A DNA stretch of 64,000 nt from Eukaryota sp. GEM-RC1 (Eukaryota): assembly GCA_040285855.1 (NCBI GenBank), contig JAUFOQ010000001.1:310001-374000 (forward strand), written 5' to 3'. Under the pieces are notes generated by a model that saw nothing but the letters and a program-made list of their open reading frames with translations, searched no databases and had not been told where the DNA came from. A program made the position numbers and the translations under genes. Below are positions 52,383 to 61,961 of this stretch, in pieces. Position 1 is the stretch's first letter, and each line of letters opens with the position of its first letter.

Positions 52383-54015
52383 TCAACTCGTTTCTATGTC
52401 GAATTTTTGGTTCTTCGAGTTCTTTTTTCGACATGACTGTTGATTCTTGGTTCAAATCACGAGTGAAGTTCTCGGTTACACGGTAAACGTTTTCATGTTC
52501 TTCACTGGCAACAAACCGATCAACGTCTCCAAATTCTCCATCAAACTTTCTAGTTGAGAGAATATCACGTGAACCATCAGTGAAGCGGTCAACAGATTCT
52601 GGACGGAAAGGTTCACCAGGAACGTGAGCAGAAAGGCGAGCAGTTTGACGTAGCTCTTCAGGCTTGGGAAGAAGTGTACCAACTTCTCGTAAAGCACCAT
52701 GAGCAACAGGAAGGACATTTTGAGATCCACCAATGCCACTAAACTGTTGGACAACCACAGAACCTTCATCAGGAACAGCTAAGGTCGTGTTTGATGCTTC
52801 GAAGGTTGACTGTGGAAGGTTTTCATATCTATGACCAACGGGAAGGTGTCTAGAACTAACAGCAACGTTGTGATACGTCTTGACTTGATTGCTCAAGCTT
52901 TGACAATACCACGCTGAGTAAGCATACGTAACGTATCTACCATCGGCATCGAAACTAGGTTCCAATGGTTCAATCAAGATACCATGACGAGGATCCCATG
53001 AGTAATCCGAGGGATAACGATACGTATCCCCAGCATCTCCATCATACAAATCACCCAGAAAGCGTTCAATAACTTGAGGGGAAATACCTGGAGGAACGTT
53101 CCTCAACAGATAGTGCCGTCTTTTAGGCATACGGTTGCGGATGACAGGATGCCAAGGAGCGAACTTCGCCAAGTGCCACATGTCGTAATCAGAGATACCA
53201 ACGCTGTTGTCTTGTGGACTTACCCAGGGTATGAGTCTATTTGGGATAGCATCCTTATGGAAGTGCTGTTCCTCAATAGACCCAACTAGCTCTTCGACTT
53301 TGTTGCCTCGATCTTCTGGAGAGAGACTCATCTTACGAGCTAGAAGTTCCTTTTCAACAAGAAGCTTCTGTTCTGCTTCGAGTCTTCTAGACTGCTCTTT
53401 GGCGAGAGATTCCTGTAACTTGCGAATCTCTTCAACCACTTCAGTTGACCTCTTTTGAGGAACTGGAACAACATCGGGAATGCTTTCTTTATTAAAACTA
53501 TTTCTACGAGGAAGAATAGGGAGAGGAGACGCTGTTACAACAACATCATGACTCTCGGAATGCGGAGTACTGCTACTGTCAGCATCGCTTACTCTATACT
53601 TCTCTAACAAGCTTGGGATACGGTCTGAAATTACAGAGGGAGTATCCAAACCCACTTCGCCATCCTTGCGGGAAGACGAAGTCCTTCCATCCTCAGATGG
53701 GCATCCACCTTCAGGTTGAACATCTACAACTCTACGAGAAGTAGATTCACCAACCTCAGGTGAGATTTCCGTCACCTCCTTGTGGGAAGTGGGGCTTCTA
53801 TCCTCAGATAGGCATCCGTCCTCAGACAGGCATCCATCCTCAGATGGGTCACTTTCAAATTCCGACGAGTCAACTGACTCTTCTGTCTCAGGAACCAATG
53901 GCTCCTTTCGACGGGAAGACACTTTGGAGCTAGACTTAGATCTAGTCAAAGGTTTGTTTCTACGATTAGTTTTGTTTCCCGCTTTTGGGGGGTTAGTAGT
54001 CCTTTTCTTCACCAT
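52345..54015 (-). CDS. Long N-terminal gag extension / ORF1 of unknown function
   Basis: ~556-aa ORF inside the LTRs, ATG 17 nt from the 5' LTR. Basic N-terminus, acidic/Ser region, coiled coil and aromatic-rich segment. Confidence 0.7.
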   Translation of the reverse strand: MVKKRTTNPPKAGNKTNRRNKPLTRSKSSSKVSSRRKEPLVPETEESVDSSEFESDPSEDGCLSEDGCLSEDRSPTSHKEVTEISPEVGESTSRRVVDVQPEGGCPSEDGRTSSSRKDGEVGLDTPSVISDRIPSLLEKYRVSDADSSSTPHSESHDVVVTASPLPILPRRNSFNKESIPDVVPVPQKRSTEVVEEIRKLQESLAKEQSRRLEAEQKLLVEKELLARKMSLSPEDRGNKVEELVGSIEEQHFHKDAIPNRLIPWVSPQDNSVGISDYDMWHLAKFAPWHPVIRNRMPKRRHYLLRNVPPGISPQVIERFLGDLYDGDAGDTYRYPSDYSWDPRHGILIEPLEPSFDADGRYVTYAYSAWYCQSLSNQVKTYHNVAVSSRHLPVGHRYENLPQSTFEASNTTLAVPDEGSVVVQQFSGIGGSQNVLPVAHGALREVGTLLPKPEELRQTARLSAHVPGEPFRPESVDRFTDGSRDILSTRKFDGEFGDVDRFVASEEHENVYRVTENFTRDLNQESTVMSKKELEEPKIRHRNELIAGSQQNQSRKR

Positions 54016-54031
54016 CTTGGACAATAATTAT

Positions 54032-54122
54032 TGATACCGTTTGGCTACAAAGGGTAGGGAAAAGATGTTTATAAATAAAATAATATGATCTTGTAACACT
54101 TCACTAACACCTGTGGCTAACA
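54032..54122 (-). repeat. 5' LTR (91 bp)
   Basis: Direct repeat of 47289-47379 with one g/t mismatch. Confidence 0.95.
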
Positions 54123-55349
54123 ACAGAAACCAATATTATTGAACGTAGCGACGGCAACTGCTTGTTAGAACATCATTGGTCTAAACAACAACAAAATTCT
54201 GTGCCTTTCACCTCTTCTGAAAGCTGTTTTGCTTCAAGGCTCCATGCTTTTGTGGATGTAGCTTCAACATCCCAGTACATACACCTCTCCTTCATTTTTC
54301 TATTTCTGATGCTCGTGAATTTTTTACCTTGAACTGAGAATTTTGCTGTTGTCCTCTACCGGATTGTGAAAATACTCGAAAAATACTCGGGGAAGAAAAC
54401 GTTGTACTAAACGTAAGCTCATTAAGATGCCATGCATTGTCAGGAAGGAACAACTAAACAAATCATAAGTAAACACTGTCAAGAACAAGTAAATATAGGT
54501 CGCTAGTTGTGTCATCTACAGACGAAAAGTTCTGTAAGCTTTGATTGTAAAAAGTTAAGACGACGTGATCTGGAGAAGTAATGTATCCAACTCTACATTC
54601 TGTGTAACCAAATTCTATATGTGATGAATTACACGCCACTGATACCTATTATAGAACGAGATTCTTCGTACGTAATAATTCTCTTAATTTAATTTAATTT
54701 AATTTCTGCATAATCATGGAAAGTGTTTCGGGTTTCTAATCATAAGTCAGACTCTCTGAGCATTTACACAACGACATTAAGGTCACATGTTCTATTTTTG
54801 TATGAAATTCTGAAGTCTATGGTAACCAGGCTGAGCCACAATTCTTGGACAATTGCATTAATACTGATTTATGTTGTGATTGAAAGCGTGAGAGGAATTA
54901 TCTCTGTATTTTTTTATTAAACATAACCTTTGATTTTTCAACATTCAAACTTCTTCTTTTAAGAAGGATTTCATTCAGAAAATCATTTTATAGGTCAACG
55001 TTTTAGCAAGATATTCTATTTGGAGAAATAAGTTTTGAACCGTATATCAAAGGCTGCGTATCAAAGAAAGAAAGACTGTAAGGATGTGTTATGTCGGTGA
55101 GCTCAGTTTCAGTCCGTAGATGGTGATAAACTTATCAGTTTGGGTCACATTGAATCAGAAGAGGAAAATACTACTAGTAGAAATGCTGAAAGAACAGAGA
55201 AGACGGATAGCTTAGAGTGGACTTATCGTCTTGTATCAAAGCGATGAACTTCTTTCTACCGTGGTTGAGTAGTATAGGTGAAACGAAAACCACTGAGAAT
55301 GGTTACAGAGAGACAATTTCTATTTCAGTTGTAATTGGGAATATTTCAT

Positions 55350-57819
55350 ATGGAATGCTTCTCTTGCTGTGAGTCTTTCAATCTCTCTAACCACCTTCCC
55401 CTACTTATCTGTAGCGAAGGTCACACTGCTTGCTCTAAATGTTCAGCGCAACTGATTAAATGTCCTCTTTGTGCTAGAAACTGCTTGGAAGAAAGAAAAG
55501 TCAACTTTGCCTTACAAGATCTTGTTCAGGCTTCTCGTAATGGCGATCTATGCCCCTAAATCCCTTCCGACCAGATCATTCTTGGAGAAAGGATTGGGGA
55601 AGGAGGTTTTGCTGTTGTATACGCTGCTACATGGTTCGATCTCCCCGTTGCCGTCAAAATGGTTTCTCTAACGGAGAAAGGAAAGCTCAAACTTCAACAA
55701 GAACTGAATCTCCTCATCAACCTCAACCATCCATCCATACTTCGGGTCTTTGGAATCTCCTTCTTCCAAGATTCCATTGGTATTGTAATGGAAAAAGCTT
55801 CTTCTTCCCTCCCCCTCCCCTAACTCTCTCACGTCATCAACTTTGAGATACGCCAAGGAACTATGCCAAGCTGTCAAGTTCCTCCACTTTAAGTCTGTAG
55901 TTCATGGTGATCTGAAACCAGCCAATATTCTGCTGGTAGATGATCACGTTAGGGTTGCCGATTTCGGTACCTCTAAAAATCTTTCTGCTACGAGTCTTAT
56001 AACTAGAACTAATGCAATGACCCCAAAGTATGCTGCTCTTGAGCAGTTTGATTCAGATCCTTGTCATCCTAGTGATATTTATTCACTTGGAGTAGTTTTA
56101 TATGAAGTTCTTACTGGGAAAGAAGCCTTTGAAGGATATCCAATGATACAGATTTTTGGCGCCAAAATGAGTGGTAAACAATTACCTTTCGAAAAATCAA
56201 CACCCACGTGTTTGAAGGAATTAATTAAAAAATGTATGAATCCAGATCCTGTCTTAAGGCCAAAAATTAACGAAATAATTGACATTTTGAATAATGTCGA
56301 CGTACATGTACTGGAAGCTGTTGCTAGTGATGTTGACCAAACTCCTTTGATTGACGAAAATGAATTTTCTTTAAAAACCAGCACCGAAGATCTTGTTAGT
56401 GAAGTTTTGAAATTAAAACATGAAATCAGTAAACTTAATGAAGACAACTCATTGATTAAAAATGAGAATTTTATACTTTTAGAACAAAATCAAAACATTT
56501 CAATTATTGAGGACATGCTTCATCAAAAGAGTGTCGTTTTAATCAAACCATTGATGACTTACAGACTCAAATTGTTACACTAAAAAAAGCAAACTCTGAT
56601 TTAGAAACCTCGAACTCTGGTTTTTCTAATGAAATTTCTGGTTTAAAGAAAGAAAATTTGCAATTTCAGCAACAGAATCAGACTGTTTCAAAAATGAAAA
56701 AGAAGTTTCAGGATAAGGAAAACTGCTTGAATCGAGAAATTTCAAATTTTCGAACTGTAAATCGATCGTTACATGAGGAAAACTTTCGTGTTAAAGGAAA
56801 CAATTCAGAATTATCTAAGGAAGTTTCTAGTTTAAAATCTGAAAATGATTTGTTAAAAGTACAACACTCAAAGATTGTTAAGAATTTGCAAGGGGAGATT
56901 GAACAATTAAGAAAGACTGCTGAAGAAAGTCAATCAGTTATCCAATCAAAAACTATTCTGAGTTCTAAACTGTCCAATAGCGTTTTTTCACTTCAGTCGG
57001 AGTTATCCCAATCTCGAGAGTTTTCTCAAAATTTACAAAACGGAATCTCTAAATTACAGTTGGAAATGAAATCAATGGTACCAATATCTTTCTATAATTC
57101 TGTTAAAAATGAGTTAGCTTCTACAAAACAGAAGAACTCAGAGGTTTCTACAGGAATATCTCGTTTGAAGAAAAGAAATTCATGTTTTGCTACGCAAGTT
57201 TCTAATTTAACATCCGAGGTTCATTATTTAACGGCTGCAAATTCTAGTTACCTTAATGAAATTTCTAAATTAAAAAGAAAAAATTGAACAACTTAAAACG
57301 ACAGCTACAGAAACTCAACTGCTTTCTCAATCAGTTCATCAATCAAAATTGATTAGATTCTCTCAAACTAAGAAACATTCTCAGTTACAAGTAAGTGATG
57401 ATAGAAAAAGAGTTGTTGTTGGAAGAGGTGGTGATGGTCCTAGAAATATCTTGGGAAAAGATCCACTTCTTCCAGGTAATGTTTATACTTGGATGATATG
57501 GTACCAGGGGGGTACTGATGCTCTTTTTGTTGGAGTCATTGACGAGTCAAAGTTTAGAGTTAGTGGTTGTTGTTATGAGAATGCTCACTGTTTTGAAAAT
57601 AATCGCATTCATGGTTGTCTCTCAGGACCCGCGTCTAGGTGGAAGCCTGGTGAATTTCTCGAAGTCAAAGTAAATCTAATTACTCACACTTTAACAATCA
57701 AATCTGTGGGCAAATCTTCAATTAATATGACTGGAACTCTTCCCAGATTGATTAGCGGTAATTATTATACATATGCTTCATTATGTTGTAGAAATCAGGC
57801 TCTTGAAATTGTTGAATAA
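55350..57819 (+). pseudogene. RING - non-RD kinase - long coiled coil - SPRY gene, disrupted
   Basis: Paralog of 60138-61961. CAA->TAA at ~55557, an extra C at ~55812, further shifts near 56510 and 57285, and APE->ALE. Confidence 0.85.
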
Positions 57820-58558
57820 AGATAGTTACATTTTCAGATTCTCCGGTTATAACCGTCGAGGACTCGCCTTCCACGGCACCTCTCCATAAGGCTGACTCAG
57901 TTGTTCAGCGTACACCTCCCACGGTGACAAACATTGAAGAATCACCTACTGCGGTAACGAGTCCAACTTCTGAAAGGCTCAGGGCTATGTTTCATGGGGA
58001 TTCCGCCCAAACAATGCAATAGACCTTTTCATTCCCTCAATATTGAGACGAAAACCACTTCCTGGCGTGTGTCAGGCTTTTGATATCGAAACGGCGAAAT
58101 CCATCCCCAGTATTTTGCAAAGCAATAATTAGTTTTTTTTTCTCTTATAGTTCTTGTTTTGAAGAGAAAGAGTAAAGAGGAGGTTGAGTGATACGAACAG
58201 GTTGTTCAGGTTCTTCGGGTTGTGGAGCTTCTGACATAAAGAGTGCAAAAAATTGTCGTGTTTGGGTGTTGTGTAATAAGTAAAGTTGTGTAATAATTTG
58301 TGGATTTAGACATTCTCTATATCAAACAACTAAAATTTGATATCATTGAAACAACACCCTTCGCTATCAAAACCTTACAACAGCTTTGTCCTCATAAAAG
58401 GAGCTCGCTGCTAATAAAGCTTTGGAGATGATTAGGGGAGCTGTTTTAAAAACAGTAAAAACGATCCGATTCAACCATAACATATGATCAAAACGTTTGT
58501 TCATTCGAGTTTTAACGATTTTTCCGAAATCGTTAACAAAATTCAATGCACATTTTCC

Positions 58559-59202
58559 TAGGGCTGTTGATGGATGAAAATCCATCCATTATCCATCCAT
58601 AATGGATGAAAAACTTGAGATCCACGTGGATGGTGGATTCCAAACATCATCCATGGATATCCACTCCTAAAATTGTTTACCAATTTTCACTGACATTGTA
58701 TTGTATGTTTTTAAGACTATCTTTATTATCGTACTTTCATAGATTCGTTGCGTATCATAGTTGAATTGGTACCGTAGAATCACCTACAAGGTTGTCAACT
58801 AGACTTGATAACATAAAGAGAAGAACAAGTCAGGCACTGCATAACACTGCAAGCCAGGAAATCAATGTAGATGTTACAATAAATAAGTTGGATAATTATC
58901 TATCAGATGATTTGATTGACCTGAAGGCCGACATTTTAGAGTGGTGCCAGAACATCCTTGAAGGAAGACATTGTTGAAGCCCTTCTTTGTAACAAGTTTT
59001 GGAGTAAGTGCACAGACCTTCAACCACTGTTAAATTCGATTTGGTTCTAGTGTTTATATCATACCATCAATAAAGAACTGTATTAATTGTCAAACCAATT
59101 TGTCAAGTAATCTACAAAGTCATCCATCGATGAAGATGGATGGAGAATGGATGGAAGGTGGATGAGTTTTCGTAAATCCACCATCCACGTGGATCTCAAG
59201 TT
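58559..59202. mobile_element. Non-autonomous hAT derivative, right terminus missing
   Basis: Starts tagggctgttg, has atcc/ggat subterminal repeats and a perfect 28-bp inverted repeat (58612-58639 / 59175-59202). Internal relic KLDNYL...DILEWC resembles the hAT dimerisation region. Confidence 0.75.
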
Positions 59203-59338
59203 GGTCATTACACGTTCAATAAGTTATGTAGCGATTACAACTTAACAAATGAAAAACGTTTGTAGTTTTCCACAGCTACATTGAAGATCGTTTGGCAAAT
59301 TATATGGCCATAAATAACTACGAAGTCTCATTGTAGTG

Positions 59339-59710
59339 TTTATTGTTCAACACGTGCAGTTATCCAAATAGCCAATGGAGCTTAGTCTTCACCAGTAGAC
59401 TGAAGTGTTCAATAACACCTGTGGATCTCAATTGGTTCACAATTCAGTTCAGCAAGTGATTTGATTAGTTGTACAGGTTGTTTGACAGGGATAAAACCAA
59501 AATCCACAAAGTTGTATAATTTGTTTCATTAAAATGCACAAAAGTACTTTTTGGTTTCAACTTTATTAATACAATAAATTATAGAAACTACAATTTGATA
59601 TGAGTGAAGCAACATCCATCAATACTGTACCACATTTTACCACAGCTTTACCTTCATAAAAAGAACTCATTGCTATTTACGCTTCGGAAACGACAAAAGG
59701 AACTGTTTTT
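59339..59710 (-). repeat. Copy of dispersed repeat 40029-40395
   Basis: Collinear DNA similarity (caatggagctt...cttcaccagta...aattggttcacaattcag...gataaaaccaaaatccacaaagttgta). Confidence 0.8.
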
Positions 59711-60137
59711 CCAAACTTGAAAAATTAGTGAACAATTAAGTATAATTCAAAGCATTTGTTTATCTCCTCTTCAAAATTCCCCACAGTGTTTTCAGGAAAC
59801 AATTCATATTCTATAAAAGTTCAACTCTACCATAAGAGACCACAAATGAACTCATGGCAAATAATGACGTGATTCTTACACTTCTCTTTACTTGATACAA
59901 TGCATCTTCCTAATTTCACTGTTGATCTTTTGGTTTCCCAAAACTCTGCTAATCTATCATATCACTTTCTGACGTGACGTGTTCCTATTCTATGCACTCT
60001 ATCACTGTTATTACACTCGTCGTCAATTAATTAACTTCACCGCGTTCTTCTTTCTCCATTAGAGACTACAACATGGATATGAACATTACGAAATTCAGTT
60101 GATAAGTTGAGTAATCCTATATTAACCTATGTTATTA

Positions 60138-61961
60138 TTAACTTTCATCAACGATTTCAAGTACATGATCACTACGAAACAATGAAACAAATAAATAATA
60201 GTTACCACTTCTTAATCTGGGAAGAGTTCCAGTAAGATTAATTGAAGAATTACTCACGGATTTGATTGTCAAAGTGTAATTAATTAAATTTGCATTGATT
60301 TCGAGTAATTCACCAGGATTCCACTGAGTCTTGTTTCCTGAGAGACAACCAATCACACTACAATTACCCTTAAAATTGAAGGTACCATGAGCAATCTGAT
60401 AGCACCACCCAGTAACACTAAACTTTGACTCGTCAATGACTCCAACAAAATGATGACCGATAAGCCCCTGGTACCTCAATTTCCAAGTATACTCATTACC
60501 TGGAAGAAGTGGACCTTCTCCCAAGATATTTCGAGAATCATTACCACTACTTCCAACAACAACTCTCTTTCCATCCCCACTCACTTGTAACTGAGAATGC
60601 TTCTTAGTTGTGGAGAATCTAAAAACATTCAATCCATTAGTTGTTTGATCAAGTAGTTTGATTTCAGTAATTGTCTTTTTTAGTTGTTCCATCTCTATTT
60701 GTAAATTATGAATAATATCTGAATAATTTACATTTAAAGTATGCATTTCTGATAATAAATTAGAGTTGGCGGTTTCTAAATTTGAGTTTGCTTTTTTTAG
60801 AGAATCAATTTCAGTCTGCAAATCAGCAATGATTTGACTTTGTTCCAATAATTTCAAATTCTCTTCTTTACTCAATGTGATTTCTTGATCAAGTCTACAG
60901 ATTTTTTGATTTAATCTCAAAATTTCACCAAGATGCTCATTCCTAACTTTAAAAGAAGATTCTTCAGTCAGAGAAGTTGAGATGAAATCACCAGCAACAG
61001 CTTCCAAGTCCTGCACATTATTCAAAACTTCAATTATTTGATTAATTTTTGGCCTACATAAAGGATCTGTATTCATACATTTCTGAATTACTTTCTGTAA
61101 ACACTTCGGTACAGATCTCCCAAAAGGTAATGCTTTCCCAGTGTTTTTAGCATCAATAATCGAAAGAGGATCTTCTTCACTAAAAGCAACCGTGTTTTCA
61201 AATAATTCATAAAGACAAACTCCAAGTGAATAAATATCATTTAAAGGAGAAACAACATTTCTAAATTGTTCTGGAGCTGTATAAGTATAAAACACATCAA
61301 ATGATCGAGGAACTAGAGTTGTAGCAGAAAGGTTTTTAGAGGTACCAAAATCGGCAACTCTAACGTGATCATCGACCAGCAGAATGTTTGCTGGTTTCAG
61401 ATCCCCATGAACTACAGACTTAAAGTGGAGGAACTTGACAGCTTGGCATAGCTCCTTGGCGTATCTCAAAGTTGATGACGTGAGAGAGTTAGGGGAGGGG
61501 AGGGAAGAAGAAGCTCTTTCCATTACAATACCAATGGAATCTTGGAAGAAGGAGATGCCAAAGACACGAAGTATGGATGGATGGTTGAGGTTGATGAGGA
61601 GATTCAGTTGTTGTTGAAGTTTGAGCTTTCCTTCCTTCGTTAGAGACAACATTTTGATGGCAACGGGGAGATCGAACCATGTAGCAGCGTATACAACAGC
61701 AAAACCTCCTTCCGCAATCCTTTCTCCAAGAACGATCTCGTCGGGTGGAATTTGGGGGCAGAGATCGCCATGTAGAGAAGCTCGGACAAGATCTTGCACA
61801 GAACAGTTCACCTTTCTCTCCTTAAGGCAGTTAGTAGCACAGACAGGACATTTATTCAGTTCAGCTGAACATTTAGAGCACAAAGTATGACCTTCACCAC
61901 AGATAAGTAGGGGGAGACGGTTGGAGAGATTGAAAGACTCACAGCAGTGGAAGCATTCCAT
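60138..61961 (-). CDS. Intact RING(C3HC4-type) - non-RD kinase - coiled coil - SPRY/B30.2 protein (607 aa)
   Basis: CFHC...ICGEGHTLCSKC...CPVC; EGGFAVVY, VAIK, HGDLKPAN, DFG, APE, DIYSLG; heptad repeats; C-terminal SPRY. Confidence 0.9.
   Translation of the reverse strand: MECFHCCESFNLSNRLPLLICGEGHTLCSKCSAELNKCPVCATNCLKERKVNCSVQDLVRASLHGDLCPQIPPDEIVLGERIAEGGFAVVYAATWFDLPVAIKMLSLTKEGKLKLQQQLNLLINLNHPSILRVFGISFFQDSIGIVMERASSSLPSPNSLTSSTLRYAKELCQAVKFLHFKSVVHGDLKPANILLVDDHVRVADFGTSKNLSATTLVPRSFDVFYTYTAPEQFRNVVSPLNDIYSLGVCLYELFENTVAFSEEDPLSIIDAKNTGKALPFGRSVPKCLQKVIQKCMNTDPLCRPKINQIIEVLNNVQDLEAVAGDFISTSLTEESSFKVRNEHLGEILRLNQKICRLDQEITLSKEENLKLLEQSQIIADLQTEIDSLKKANSNLETANSNLLSEMHTLNVNYSDIIHNLQIEMEQLKKTITEIKLLDQTTNGLNVFRFSTTKKHSQLQVSGDGKRVVVGSSGNDSRNILGEGPLLPGNEYTWKLRYQGLIGHHFVGVIDESKFSVTGWCYQIAHGTFNFKGNCSVIGCLSGNKTQWNPGELLEINANLINYTLTIKSVSNSSINLTGTLPRLRSGNYYLFVSLFRSDHVLEIVDES

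Larger units (their letters stand above)
47289..54122 (-). mobile_element. Full-length Ty3/gypsy chromodomain LTR retrotransposon (6834 bp) with 91-bp LTRs
   Basis: LTRs 47289-47379 and 54032-54122 (TG...CA, 90/91 identical). 4-bp TSD acag (47285-47288, 54123-54126). PPT gaaagaagagaagagg. Domain order gag-PR-RT-RH-INT-chromo. Confidence 0.95.

Noticed and set aside
54016..54122. Tf1-type self-priming duplex between PBS and LTR
   Set aside because: The best pairing found by eye (CATATTAT against the needed CAATAATTAT) requires two bulges, too weak to claim.
55554..55562. Alternative genetic code (TAA = Gln), since TAA aligns with CAA in the paralog
   Set aside because: Single case. TAA is the evident terminator of the SPRY genes and pol ORFs, and long ORFs lack in-frame TAA/TAG. 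It is better read as a nonsense mutation.
43195..60625. Diversity-generating retroelement acting on the SPRY domains
   Set aside because: NNT codon variation is suggestive, but no copy has A at all variable sites, some third positions and indels also vary, and every RT in the window is gypsy-type (YIDD with RH/INT).
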